From: Chrysomallon squamiferum
Lineage: Eukaryota; Animalia; Mollusca
DNA length: 64,000 nucleotides
Assembly (NCBI GenBank): GCA_012295275.1
Contig: CM022673.1
Span: 14,012,001-14,076,000, forward strand
Direction of reading: 5' to 3'
Part shown: piece by piece, positions 13,303 to 30,591 of the stretch
How the letters are laid out: the number at the start of each line of letters is the position of its first letter
Position numbering within the stretch: the stretch's first letter is position 1
Notes under the pieces: model-generated
Databases searched by the model: none
What the model was told of the DNA's origin: nothing
What the model saw: only the letters and a program-made list of their open reading frames with translations
Translations under genes and position numbers: made by a program

Positions 13303-13354
13303 CAAGTTCCGGAGTATGGATAGAATGACAGCCAGGGGTACCTTCCTACTTATA
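13303..13354 (-). promoter_or_regulatory. TATA box, initiator and short non-coding first exon of the Met-rich gene
   Basis: Minus strand: TATAAG (13354-13349), TCATTC initiator-like motif (13328-13323), then a gtaagt donor after 13303. Acceptor ttttag at 12322 precedes the signal exon. Confidence 0.65.
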
Positions 13355-13964
13355 CCGGCATTGTCATGCCGTCCGTCGTTTAGACGCTATCAATTGGTCG
13401 CCGGATTCTCGTGATGACTGGTGACGGGTCATAAATTATGACGCTTCACGCACTGCCTTGCACTGTCACGTAGACAAAGACGGATGTCGGTCTATTTGTA
13501 CGTATAAAAATAAACATAATTTAAACAGCAGATATAAGTGAACACGAGCAATCCTCTATGTAATTTCCATATTTAGCAGAGTTACGTTACGTATCTCGTA
13601 ACAGAAAATATTAACGTTTACACAAATGTTACTTTCAGCGTTATGAATGAAATATAGGAGTAAGAAGATTTATCTGCGTGTATTGGTTAGTCTTCTATTA
13701 TTTAATTGTTTCTCTGCTGTATAAAAATAAATTAGTTGTCTTTATTAGTATTTCTAATCTAAACAAAATAAAATAAAACAAATATCAAACAATAAAAATA
13801 AAACTAAATTAATAATACAAAATAAATTTAATAAGTAAATATCGTAACCGGTTGTTATTAATCAGATTAAAACAGGTCGCTATATTTAGTTTTCTTTTTC
13901 TTTCTGTCTTCTTTTTTTTTTCCTTTTTGTTTTTTAAATCTTTTCTTTTCTTCTTCTTCTTCTT

Positions 13965-13995
<31 letters not shown>

Positions 13996-16211
13996 TTATT
14001 ATTATTATTATTACTTATTACTTATTATTACTTTATTATTATTATTCTATTTTGTCTTATTTCTTGTATCTCGTAAATAATCTGTTCCCTTTTGTAAACA
14101 AAATTTAAAGACTTCATGATTCTCAAAAGCTTATCACTGTCACTCACAACGACTTTTGTAAACAACTTACTTACAATGGTCAGTGTTTATTACTTATTAT
14201 TGTAGTTAGCTTCCTGCTATTTACAATTTATAGACAAATAAATGTTGTGATTAATCGATACAGGTACAGATATAAATAAAAACAAAGATAAGTATGCATA
14301 TTGGTTAATGAATGGAAGTAGATGGGTGATGTGTGTGTATATGTGTGTGTGTGTATGTGTGTGTGTGTGTGTGTATTTATATATTAAGTAGATTAAGTAA
14401 AACACTGTAAATGAAATATTTACTGCAGTGAAATGAGGTATTAACAATAATTGTAGATGGCAGTGTCAATGATTTTCAAGAACTCGAATGTAAATTTTTT
14501 ATATGCGGGGAAGTGAGATGAAAGAATGAAGGAACATGCTGCACAAAACAAGACAAAAGTCTGTGTAGACCATTTTTAGAGAATCGTGAACAGGGGTCGC
14601 ACTTTGGGAGGTGGGGCGAGCGAGTAACGCGCGTGATTTATCGGTGTCACAGAAATGTCTTCATGTCCGTCCGTCACCATGACTGATCACTTCTACAGAT
14701 GAACTGTCTTCAATCTGAATCCTTGTCTACAGTTTATATGTATATATAATTTCTAAAGTCTCTTTCTGTGTCGGTTCTTTTTTTTTTTTTTTTTTTTTTA
14801 ATGTCCCCTACCTGTATCTGATCATTTTCTTCTTCTCTCTCAACTTTCTCAGTATATTTCTTACGACATCTTACAAATACATATCATATATTTATGATAA
14901 ATTTTCCCTACAGTTTTAGTAATAGTGTTTTCCATATTACTAAGAAACATAAAGAAAACTGGATTTACGTGATCACAGTGTAGAAATGTTCACACACATA
15001 CATACACACGCATACATACAGATATACACATACATACACATTTATATATGTATGTATATATATATATATATACACACACACATGCATACATACACATCTA
15101 TACATATACATTCACAAATACATAGAAGCACGTCTTATTAGAAGCTAAGTGATGTTTATTATTCTGAACAGGAAGTGTAGCACTGTGCTACGATAACGAT
15201 CATTAGAGTTAATATGTCATGATACCTTTTTTTTTTCTGTAGACAGACAGATTACAGACAGATATGATATTCAATGAATCTGACAGGTAACATCTGAGTT
15301 TAAAAGACTATTAACAATGGTCTGCATTGACAAAAACGTTCCGCGTTAAAAAAAAATTATAATTCATCGATCGTTCTTCTTTTTGTTGTTTGACACATCT
15401 TGACAGACGACACTGGGGCAGTGGCACAGTTTTCACTTACTAAAATAAACCTTTTGTATATTTCTAATTTACCACGTGTTACTAATAATTGCAGCAACTA
15501 CAAGATGGCTGAATCTCTCTTTGTTTTGCTGAATAATAATTTTCAGAAAATATGTTATATAAAAATAAAAGATTTGTTACACTTTACTGATGGTTTGTAA
15601 TATCATTAAATCACCGAACTTGTTTTGTTGACGATGTTACAAATGATTTGTTTTTAACTGTAAATAAAAACAAATGAATTGTTATGCCATGAATATCAAT
15701 GTTTTAATGTGTAATGCTGTGAAGAATCTGTATAAGTAACTAATTTGTTAGGCTGTGAAGAACGTGTTCATTCTTTTCAAACGTAAGCGTACATTTTCAG
15801 ACAGAAAGACGATGAAATTAGCTACAGCGTAAAAAAAAAAAAAATAATAATAATTTTCCGAGACCATTTTTCCATTAAGAAACACAGCAGTGTGTTTATT
15901 TTTACTGTTCATTCGAAACAAGAAATAGCTGTTGTTGGAAATTTCCAAGAGACAATACATGACTAAAGTAATTTTATTTTTCACGTTTTGAATGTAGTAG
16001 TTTCACTGTAGTCTAACAGTGGTTACAGTTTCAGAAATACAAGTTTTTCTTATTTGTTAAAGCACTTTGAAATGTGAGATATAAGAAGAGAGTCAGAATA
16101 TTTGTTGGAATACACCATCATTTATCTTGTACACTGACATAGACTATTTCATCAAACAGGGTGCTTACCTGTACGTTATGTACTGAATCATATTTCCAGT
16201 TACAGCACAAA

Positions 16212-17130
16212 TGTATGTTGTAGTAACTTTTCAGTGTCAATGTTAAACGTGAAAAATGTATGTTGTGGTAATTTTCAATGTCAATGCTAAATGTAAAAAG
16301 TATATATTTGTAATGTTCAGTGTCATTGCTAAATGTAAAAAACTTATGTTGTAGTAATTTTCAATGTCAGTGTTAAATGTAAACAATATATGTTGTAGTA
16401 ATTTTCAATGTCAATGCTAAATGTAAAAAATGTATGTAATTTTCAGTGTCAGTGCTAAATGTAAAAAACATTTATGTTGTAGTAATTTTCAATGTCAATG
16501 CTAAATGTAAAAAATATGTTTGTAATTTTCAACGTCAATGCTAAATGAAAAAACATTTATGTTGTAATAATTTTCAGTGTCAATGCTAAATGTAAACAAT
16601 ATATGTTGGAGTAATTTTCAATGTCAAAGCTAAATGTAAAAAATATATGTAATTTTCAATGTCAATGCTAAATGTAAACAATATATGTTGGAGTAATTTT
16701 CAATGTCAATGCTAAATGCAAAAAATTTATGTAATTTTCAGTGTCAATGCTAAATGTAAAAAATATGTTTGTAATTTTCAATGTCAATGCTAAATGAAAA
16801 AACATTTATGTTGTAATAATTTTCAATGTCAATGCTAAATGTAAAAAAAATATATTTGTAATTTTCAATGTCAATGCTAATTGAAAAAACATTTATGTTG
16901 TAATAATTTTCAATGTCAATGCTAAATGTAAAAGAAATATGCTTGTAATTTTCAATGTCAATGCTAAATGAAAAAACATTTATGTTGTAATAATTTTCAA
17001 TGTCAATGCTAAATGTAAAAAAAATATGTTTGTAATTTTCAATGTCACTGCTAAACGAAAAAACATGTTGTAGTCATTTTCAATGTCAATGCTAAACGGG
17101 AAAAATGTATGTTCTAGTAATTTTCAATTA
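16212..17130. repeat. AT-rich minisatellite, ~36-42 bp unit, more than 20 copies
   Basis: Unit approximately gtaattttcaatgtcaatgctaaatgtaaaaaa(cattt)atgtt; long and short variants alternate. Confidence 0.95.
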
Positions 17131-17483
17131 TTATAAAACGTAAAAAAAAAAATATATGTTGTAAACATTTCAGTGCTATAAACTATGAGAAACGTAACTA
17201 TTCAGAACTATCCACTCTTTCTTAACTTTTCAAACACTTTAAGCGAAAAGGATTTTCTCAGCCCATCAGTTTAGTGGATGTATTTGTGACACAGTAATAC
17301 GAGGTATCTCATGATGTTAAAACAGGGTTGCAATTTAATTATCATCATAATCACAATTGATCAAAATCGATGAAAAGGTACACTGACGAATTTTGTATAT
17401 TAACTGTGAAAATTTTGAGATATAAATTTTAACATATTCATTTCTTTGCTTTTAAGCTGCTAAGTCTTTGTTATAATAAGATA

Positions 17484-17518
<35 letters not shown>

Positions 17519-17831
17519 TCCTTTTTGAAGATGGAGAAATTAAAAAAGTTTGACAGACTGAATGCGAATGTTGTGTACATTTTGACTACAGTCTGAAAAC
17601 TGTTATGGAGCAATGTTTAATGTGAAGGAAAATCAGCACCTCAGACGGTTTAGTTGTGAAGAAGGTAAATCGTTTGAAACAGGCAGATTAAAATTCAGTT
17701 TATCGTACCAAATATGTTTTACTTTATTCAGTTCTGGTATTTGCACTGAACGATAAATACCTCTTTCATGATGTTTGTCACAGTGTGTGGATTCTTACAA
17801 TAAAAATATCAGTATAGTTGTTACTGTTTAT

Positions 17832-17891
<60 letters not shown>

Positions 17892-18873
17892 GGTTTTCCT
17901 TACTTCGTTAAACAAAAATAAAAAAACATTTGCATCTAAAAAATCATTCACATGAAAATACACGTTTGAACATACCTTATTAATTCATTTATAACATTGT
18001 TTACATTGTGAAATTTTATTTGTTCTGTTTCTCTTTTTTATTTCATAAAAACAGACAACATGAAAGACGCAAAACCATTGTCTTCAATCAACGTCGTCAG
18101 CCTCTTTGCTGCAGCATTCCGGCGTTCACGACGTCAGAGGCGAACATTCATTACTGTTTCTTCCTTCACTCACCGCATCGCGTAGATCCGCTCTCTTCAC
18201 CTTTACACTTCTGACCTGCTCGTGCAGAAAGGTCAAACATGACAGCTGGAAACGAGCATGTTGTTGATGTCGTCGTGAAGACATACATGAAAAACATGTC
18301 TGACTGACACAGAAATAGATCTAGGTATAAACACAACCTTAACTTGTCAGCTTTAACATGAACGACAATAAAAAATAATAAAAGGTAAAAATTCAAAAAA
18401 GAATTTAAAAATTAAAAAGAACAAACACATTTAAAAAAAAAATTAATAAAAAAAAAAAAAAAAAAAAAACGAAACAAAAAGAGTGCAGTGTATATTAAAA
18501 AACAAACACATTAATTTTATTTTATCACGAAACATCAAAGATACAACCAACAGAACTTTCTGTTTATTTACAGTTAATACAAAAATAAATCACTGTTGAG
18601 AACACAAGTTATTTTCTAGCCCATTTGAGAACTAACATATTTAAATAAATTGGATAAGTACTTTGACCCTATCTCTACTACAAAAATATTTCATAATACT
18701 ACATGTCGCGTGACCAATGTCGGGACATTTGAAAAACTTGAGCATGTCGACTATAGTCTACGAAATCTGACAAACCTTAACAAGTCGTTTCATATATTTA
18801 ACTGCATCATAGAATTCATGGTGATTTATAATTTATTAATTATTTACCATATGAGACACATCTGTTTGTTTGT

Positions 18874-18912
<39 letters not shown>

Positions 18913-19179
18913 TTTTACAGAAAGTTAATAAATGAAATTTATTCAGTGAAAAATACTTGAAAGGATTTTAAAAATCTAAAATAAAACTCCTAAATCACGT
19001 TAATTTATTCTCTGATATATATAAAATTATTTTCTTAGTGTCGTTATGTATGTTATAAATGTGAATACTGTATAGCGTATGTACATCTGACTGGACTCTG
19101 CACATAAAAATTATCTTAGAACAATGTTCAACAAAAGAAGAGAAATTCCCAACATGACGTCACATCTTCAAATCATCTT

Positions 19180-19420
19180 ACGGGCCTTTGATATATGATA
19201 TTTGACATGAGACTTTTTTTTACGTGTTTTTTTTATTATGAATCTTTGATATAGGATCTTTGTTACGAGATGTTTGATACGGGATCTTTAATGCGGGATG
19301 TTTGATATAGGATCCTGTATATGGGATCTTTGATATTGGATCACTAATATGGGATCTTTGATAAGGGATCTTTGATATAATTCTTTGATATTCGACCTTT
19401 GTTATGGGGTTTTGATATGG
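19180..19420. repeat. Degenerate ~14-bp tandem repeat (gggatctttgatat)
   Basis: Repeated atctttgatat / gggatc cores; explains the ISKIPY-repeat ORFs. Confidence 0.75.
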
Positions 19421-19439
19421 CACATACAGGAGAGTGTAC

Positions 19440-19560
19440 ACCGAGCCTGTACGATTCGGACCGAGGAGCACTGGGTGAAACGAGAAATAGACCAGTGACG
19501 TAGCAACAGAAACCCCGCGTCTTGAGAGATTCTCTGTCACTCAACTACGCTTGGCGTTTG
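19440..19560 (-). mobile_element. Possible decayed tRNA-derived SINE fragment
   Basis: GC-richer island. Minus-strand GGTCTATTTCTCGTTTCAC resembles ggctatttccagttccac at ~59176. The latter follows tgtaggatcaatcc, which resembles the B-box-like tgtaggttcgattc at 25901 and its counterparts in the other tandem units. Confidence 0.3.
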
Positions 19561-19738
19561 TTGCATGTCTGTCTGTGTGTGAATGGACGTGTGTGTGTGT
19601 GTGTGTGCGTGCGTGTGTGTGTGTACGTAACGTACATATTAAGTGTTAAGTATACAGGTATACAACTAAGGACAACAATATGTAACAAAAATGCATAAGA
19701 TAATAATTTTCCAATAATTTATTATTTTAATATATCAC

Positions 19739-19844
<106 letters not shown>

Positions 19845-20126
19845 AAATAAAAATAAAATTAATAGTAGAGTTGAAAATCCCGTATCCGAAGTTACGAAAT
19901 CAGAATTTTTTCGAAGGGCTAAGATAGCGCTGTCTTGTACAGATAATTCAGCATACACAAACTTTATTTCTGACACAACATTAAATATGTATATAGAAAA
20001 TATTATATACAGATAAATGCAGATTATCATATAACTATTATCAAATAACTATTAGCTGTATATAAATAAATTTCGTATTTATACTTCTATCTTCTTCTCA
20101 GATTATCTGCTTATTTTGTTTATTTA

Positions 20127-20180
<54 letters not shown>

Positions 20181-22353
20181 TTTAAAATAAAAAAAATTAT
20201 GAAATTCAAAACAAACACTTCCAGTCAAAACCAACCAGGACAAATACATGAAATTATTATCACTCAGTCAATTCTTACGCTGGATACATATCTATATAAA
20301 AGTATATACTTGTACAATAAAACAGGAATAGTAATAACAGATGGCTATAACTATTACTAGTGTCTATGCAATATCTACATATAGATCATTTACCTGTGTT
20401 ACATAGTTAGTAATCTTTATTACGTGTTAAAGTTATTTATTCGGGGTACTTAACGTACACCCCCGGGGAACTCAAACACACCGAGTGACAGGTGTTACAC
20501 ATACCTGTGAGAGAGGTGTTTTGTTTATTAGTAGATACAAGCTGTTATTTAACACGGAGTTATCCAGCTGAGCTCAGAACGAGGCTCGTTGACAGATAAA
20601 TCAGTCCCAGTATGCCAAACACTGTTCAAAAGAAAATCTGCTTTAACCTGCTGGAAATGAAAAGTTTTAGAAACACGAAACGAGAATATTAAAAGAGTTA
20701 TCGTTTTAGAAAAAACTGAGTCAGAAAATGACAAAATTACTGAAGAGGTTTGTGTCAGTAAGTTTGAAAATAACAACATCTGGAATAGGTTTAAGCATTA
20801 TTTTATTTACTTATTATTATTATTCTTATTATTATCATTATTGTCGTTGATGCTGATGTTGTCTGTTATCAAAATAATTACTCGAGAGATCTTGGGAAGC
20901 GTTTTTGAATTTTGCTAAAGGCTCAAGCATTTAAGACTTTTTGTTTTATTCAAGATGAGCGTCTCTTTTTATTCATGCGGTATCAGTAAATGCTGCCAGA
21001 GTAGATACAGTAGTAATATTGATCAAAGTACAGCTAATGTCATTAATTATATTTTTGCATTACTAATATTGCAATTGTAATAATTATTGTAGCATTAACA
21101 CTAATAAAATAGTAATAATAATGGCAAAAGCAGAAGCAGTAACGACAACAGATGTAGTAGTGGTGATGCTGGTATGTTAGTAGTAGTAGCAGCAGTAATA
21201 GTAGTAATAGTAGTAATAGTACTGGTAGTAGTAGCAGTACTAGTCGTAGTGGTAGTAGCAGTTATACTAATCGTATATATATATATAAAATGAACACTAA
21301 GAATGTACTATATATATTGTCATGTTATGTAATATACTTTATCTGATGTTTAAAGGACTCTAGGATCGATTCATGATGGTGGAAAAACTCAGTGAAGTTC
21401 CGTTCTTGCCTAAGTTGTGTTATTACAGGTCGTGGTAAATGTGTATTGGTTAATTTTGAACATCTCTTAATATTAACTTACCATAGCAGATATATTCAAA
21501 AATCATATTCATAAACTGACATGTTGACTGATATATTTATTGTGGAAAACAGAGACAAAAATAGAAAGAAACACAGATTGAAAATAATTTGAAATTAATA
21601 AAGAAGAAAGAATGACATAACGGAATTTAGACTGAGCAATAAATATACAAAAGAAGAAGGAATGAAAGAAAGAAAAGAGAGACAAAGAATACAAAGGAAC
21701 GATGAATAAAAAGGATGAACAAGAAGAAGAAAGAATGAACGAATGAATAACATTTGAATATTGGTGATCTATAGCAGTATGTGTGTGTATATATATGTAC
21801 GTATGTATGTATAAATGTATGTATATATGTGTATGTATATAAATGTATGTATGTGTGTGTATGTATGTGTGTATGTATGAATGTATGTATGTATGTATGT
21901 ATGTATGTATGTATGTGTGTATGTGTATATGTATGTATGTATGTGTGTATGTGTATGTATATGTATGTCTGTGTGTGTATTTATGTAGACATATATGTAT
22001 ATGTATGTATTTGTGTATTTGTCTTTAGCGGTGTATGTGTTTACTTGTGTGTTTCTATGAATTTAGGTCTGTCTTATAAAGTTAATTAGACAGAAGAATG
22101 AATGAACATGTTGAAGAAAACACATACATATGTATAGCAAGACAGACAGACAGACAGACAGAAAGACTGATAGACAGACAGACAGAAAGACTGATGTACA
22201 GACAAGCAGCCAGCTAGACAGACAGTAACAAACAGAAAAACAACAGCAGACAGGAATGTATTAAATAATTTTATTTTTCGCTATAAATGTACACATTACA
22301 ATAAATAGAAAAAGTAATGAATAATGAATGAAATAAATTAAGTCGCTTGTAAA

Positions 22354-23796
<1,443 letters not shown>

Positions 23797-23879
23797 GTTG
23801 ATATTTTTGTTCTGAGTCGACGAAACAGTTTAAATGTGCAGTGAAGAGTTGTGATGAAAATAAATAAAATCACAACCTC

Positions 23880-23886
23880 TTTTATA
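23880..23886 (-). promoter_or_regulatory. TATA box of copy 1 (equivalents at 28687-28693, 33310-33316, 37720-37726)
   Basis: TATAAAAGAGG on the minus strand ~85 bp upstream of the ATG, identical in all four units. Confidence 0.65.
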
Positions 23887-25802
23887 CTTTAAGTTTTCAC
23901 AGAAACTATTTAATGTTGTGTTTTCAATAACATATTTTTGTTTTTAAATTAATGTTTTCTGCATATCGCACATATTTATTGTTCATTATTACGCGCATTT
24001 GTTTACGGAGCCCGATGTAAACAAATCAATACGAAAGCATTAATCGTTTTCAGACTCAGATTGCCTGTAGGCTGATGCTGTTGTTGTTGTTGATAGACTA
24101 CAGCATACACTGATGTGTAGCAAAGTCAAATTGTCGATAGGAAAATAGCATAAAAATCATTACGAGATACTCTTCACTTGAGAAGGAAGGAACAGCACAC
24201 TGGTAAAACTGAACTGATTTGATTCGATTTTATAATTTATTTTATAATTTATTTTAATTACTATTAATATATAGTTTCTTTAATTTTTATTGTTAGGGTA
24301 GCAGAGTATTACTACTCTTTTTGTTGTTGTTGTTATAAAATTTACACACACGGCAAACACACGTATACTGAAAAAATAGAGAAGAAAAGAAAAAGAAAAT
24401 AGGGATTCTATATTAATAAAAACAAATATCCGTCTACCTCTAAAGTTTATACACACACACGCACACAACCACACACACACACACACACACATACACAGGT
24501 AGATAGACAGATAGATAGATATTTGATTATTTATTTATTAACTTTAGAGGTAAATGGTTATTTCTTTACAGTATAGCATCTCTATCTTCTTTGTCTTCCT
24601 TCTTTTATCTATGTCACTAAACACCTCTCATATTTCGTAATGTAAATGTAAATTTTCACCTTAATATAATTAATCCGTTGAAGTTTGGTTCCCGTGGTTT
24701 GTTAGTGTAACTTTATTCCCGGATGTGCCGACGGACACTGCTAATTTGAAAGAGATACACACTAATTATGATGTGGTCTTTAATCTTGACACATTTTATT
24801 TCGTTGATCAAATCTTATAGTTGTTTTTAAAATAGACAAATAGAAGTGAGAGTAGTAATAGTAGTTGTAGTGACAGTAGTGATATTAGTTATTGTAATAG
24901 CCTTAATGGTAGTAGTAGTATCATAGTAGTTGTGGTTTTAATAGTAATAAGTTGTAATAACAGTACTAGTAATTAAAGTAATACTACAGGTAGCAGTAGT
25001 AGTCGTAGTGGTAGTAGCAGTGGTAGTGGTCATAGTATTAGTGGTGGTGATGATAGCAGAGGTTGATACAGAAGAAGAAGACGACGACCAAGAAGAAGAG
25101 ATGCAGAAAAATAATAATATAAAAATAATACAAAAAAAAAAATAATAATAAAACATATATATGTATTTAAAAAAAATAATAATAATAAAATAAAACATAT
25201 ATATGTATTTTAAAAAATAAAATAAAATAAAATAAAATAATATAATTAAAAAATAAAAAATATAATTAAATATTAAAAAAAATAAAATAAAATAAAATAA
25301 ATAAATAAAAGAACGAGAAAGTATACGAAACGAAACAGAAAACAGAAACAAAACCAGAATAATAAACAGGAAGTAATTGAGATCGTAATAAAGAAAACAT
25401 TGTAACTAAGAACGACTTGAAAGGTAAACATTTTTCTCTTTATCTGTAGTTTTATAAACTTAAAAGCTGACGATATTTTAAATTATATTTATGGAGGAGA
25501 GTTATGATTCTGTACATGTGATATCAGTAATTCCTCTTATAACTGTGTGCAGTGTTTTATGACTTTGTGTGTGGCATTGATAAATTAACATCATGTTTGT
25601 ATGTTTGTCTGTTACAAGTACGTGTAAACTGGAAACAAACAAACAAACAAAAATATTTAAAAATTAAAAATATTATTTTTAATGAAAACAAAGAATGCTG
25701 TACTAGTTGCTATTCGCGTCACTGTTGCTTATGAGGTTACTGTTATTATCAGGATGTTGTTGTTTTCATATTCCTTTCTCACCTTGCAGTGTCATTTTCT
25801 TC

Positions 25803-25855
<53 letters not shown>

Positions 25856-27065
25856 ATATTCTCATATCGTATAATATACTTTATCTGACGTGAAAAAGGT
25901 TGTAGGTTCGATTCATGATGGTGGACAAATTGAGTGAAGTTCCGTTCTTGTCTAAGATGTATTATTACACGTCTTGGCATTTGTGCATTGTTTTCAAAGA
26001 TGACATTGTCAATTTTGAACCTCTCTTAATATTATCTTACCATAGCAGAGATATTCACAAATCTTATTCATGGATCAAAATGTTGACTGATATATTTATT
26101 GTGGAAAACAGAGAAAGACAAAAAAATTGAAATTGAAAAGACAGAAAAAAATAGAGATGAAAGAACATTATAATTTAGATTGAAAGAATAAATCTAGAAA
26201 GGAAGACTGAATGAAAGAGAGACAAAGAATACAAAGGAAGGATGAATAAAAGAAATAAAACAAGAAGAAGAAAGAATGAACGAAGGTAATTCGAATATTG
26301 GTGATATGATTAGCAGTATGTGTGTATGTATGTATGTATGTATGTGTGTATGTATGTATGTATGTATGTATGTATGTATGTATGTATGTGTGTATGTATG
26401 TGTCTATATATGTTGTGTTTGTATGTATAGATGTATGTATGTGTGTGTGTACGTATATATGTATGTATGTATGTTTGTATGTGTGTGTGTATGTATATAT
26501 GTATGTATGTATGTATGTTTGTATGTGTGTGTGTATGTATGTATGTGAATATGTGTGTGTATGTATGTGTGGGTGTATGTATGTATACATGTATCTAAGT
26601 ATGTATGAATGTATGTGTGTGTATGTATGTATGTGTGTATGTGTATGCATATGTATGTCTCTGTGTATGTATTTATGTAGACATATGTATATGTGTGTAT
26701 TAGTGTACTTGTCTGTAGCGGTGTATGTGTGTGCTTGTGTGTTTCTCTGAGTTTTTGTTCTGTGTTAGAAAGTGAAATAGACAGATGAATGAATGAACAT
26801 GTTGAAGAAAACACATACGGATGTATAGCAAGACAGACAGACAGGCAGACAGACAGACTGATAGACAGACTGGCAGAAAGACTGATGTACAGACAAGCAG
26901 CCAGCTAGACAGACAAGCAGCCAGCTAGACACACAGTAACAAACAGAAAAACAACAGTAGACAGGAATGTATTAGATAATTTTATTTTTCGCTATAAAAT
27001 GTACACATTACAATAAATAGAAAAAGTAATGAATAATGAATGAAATAAATTAAGTCGCTTGTAAA

Positions 27066-28603
<1,538 letters not shown>

Positions 28604-30553
28604 GTTGATATTTTTGTTCTGAGTCGACGAAACAGTTTAAATGTGCAGTGAAGAGTTGTGATGAAAATAAATAAAATCACAACCTCTTTTATACTTTAAG
28701 TTTTCACAGAAACTATTTAATGTGCTGTTTTCAATAACATTTTTGTTTTTAAATTAATGTTTTCTGCATATCGCACATATTTATTGTTCATTATTACGTG
28801 CATTTGTTTACGGAGCCCGTTGTAAACAAATCAATACGAAAGCATTAATCGTTTTCAGACTCAAATTGCCTGTAGGCTGATGCTGTTGTTGTTGTTGATA
28901 GACTACAGGATACACTGATGTGTAGTAAAGTGAAATTGTCGATAGGAAAATAATAAAAATTATTACGAGATACTCTTCACTTGAGAAGGAAGGAACAGCA
29001 CACTGGTAAAACTGAACTGATTTGATTCGATTTTATAATTTATTTTATAATTTATTTTAATAACTATTAATATATAGTTTCTTTAATTATGATTGTTAGG
29101 GTAGCAGAGTATTACTACTCTTTTTGTTGTTGTTGTTATAAAATTTACACACACGGCACACACACATATACTGAAAAAATAGAGAAGAAAAGAAAAACAA
29201 AATCGGGATTCTATATTAATAAAAACAAATATCCGTCTACCTCTAAAATGTATACACACACACGCACACACACACGCACACACACACACACATACGTAGA
29301 TAGACAGATAGATAGATATTTGTTTATTTATTTATTAACTTTAGAGGTAAATGGTTATTTCTTTACAGTATAGCATCTCTATATTTTTTGTCTTCCTTCT
29401 TTTACCTATGTCACTAAACACCTCTCATATTTCGTAATGTAAATGTAAATTTTCACCTTAATATAATTAATCCGTTGAAGTTTGGTTCCCGTGGTTTGTT
29501 AGTTTGACTTTATTCCCGGATGTGCCGACGGACACTGCTAATTTGAAAGAGATACACACTAATTATGATGTGGTCTTTAATTACACCTTATCTTGACACA
29601 TTTTATTTCATTGATGAAATCTTATAGTTATTTTTAAAATAGACAAATAGAAGTGATAGTGGTAATAGCAGTTGTAGAGACATTAGTGATATTAGTTATT
29701 GTAATAGACTTAATGGTAGTAGTAGTATGATAGTAGTTGTAGTAATAGTAGTTGTGGTTTTAATAGTAATAAGTTGTAATAACAGTACTAGTAATTATAG
29801 TAATACTACAGGTAGCAGTAGCAGTAGTAGTCGTAGTGGTAGTAGCAGTGGTAGTTGTCATAGTATTAGTGGTGGTGACGGTAGTAGAGGTTGATGCAAA
29901 AGAAGAAGAGATACAGAAAACAAATAAAATAAACAAAAATAAAATAAATAATAATAATGTTTTTTTAAATAATAAAAAAATATATATATGTATTTTTTTA
30001 AATAATAAAAATAAAATAAAATAAATTAATTAAAAAATAAATTATATAATTAAATATTTTAAAAAACGAAAAATAAATAAATAAATAAAAGAAAACAAAA
30101 AGTATACGAAAGGAAACAGAAAACCAGAAAAACAAGAAGTAATTGAGATCGTAATAAAGAAAACATTGTAACTAAGAACGACTTGAAAGGTAAACATTTT
30201 TCTCTTTATCTGTAGTTTTATAAACTTAAAAGCTGACGATATTTTAAATTATATTTTCGGAGGAGAGTTATGATTCTGTACATGTGATATCAGTAATCCC
30301 TCTTATAACTGTGTGCAGTGTTTTATGACTTTGTCTGTGGCATTGATTAATTAACATCATGTTTGTATGTTTGTCTGTTACAAGTACGTGTAAACTGGAA
30401 ACAAACAAACAAACAAAACATTTATTTTTAATGAAAACAAAGAATGCTGTACCAGTTGCTATTCGTGTCACTGTTGCTTATAAGGTTACTGTTATTATCT
30501 GGATGTTGTTGTTTTCATATTCCTTTCTCACCTTGCAGTGTCATTTTTTTTCT

Positions 30554-30591
<38 letters not shown>

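Noticed and set aside
16212-17130. Regular ~37-bp periodicity resembling a CRISPR array
   Set aside because: No unique spacers, no cas genes, eukaryotic context; it is a minisatellite.
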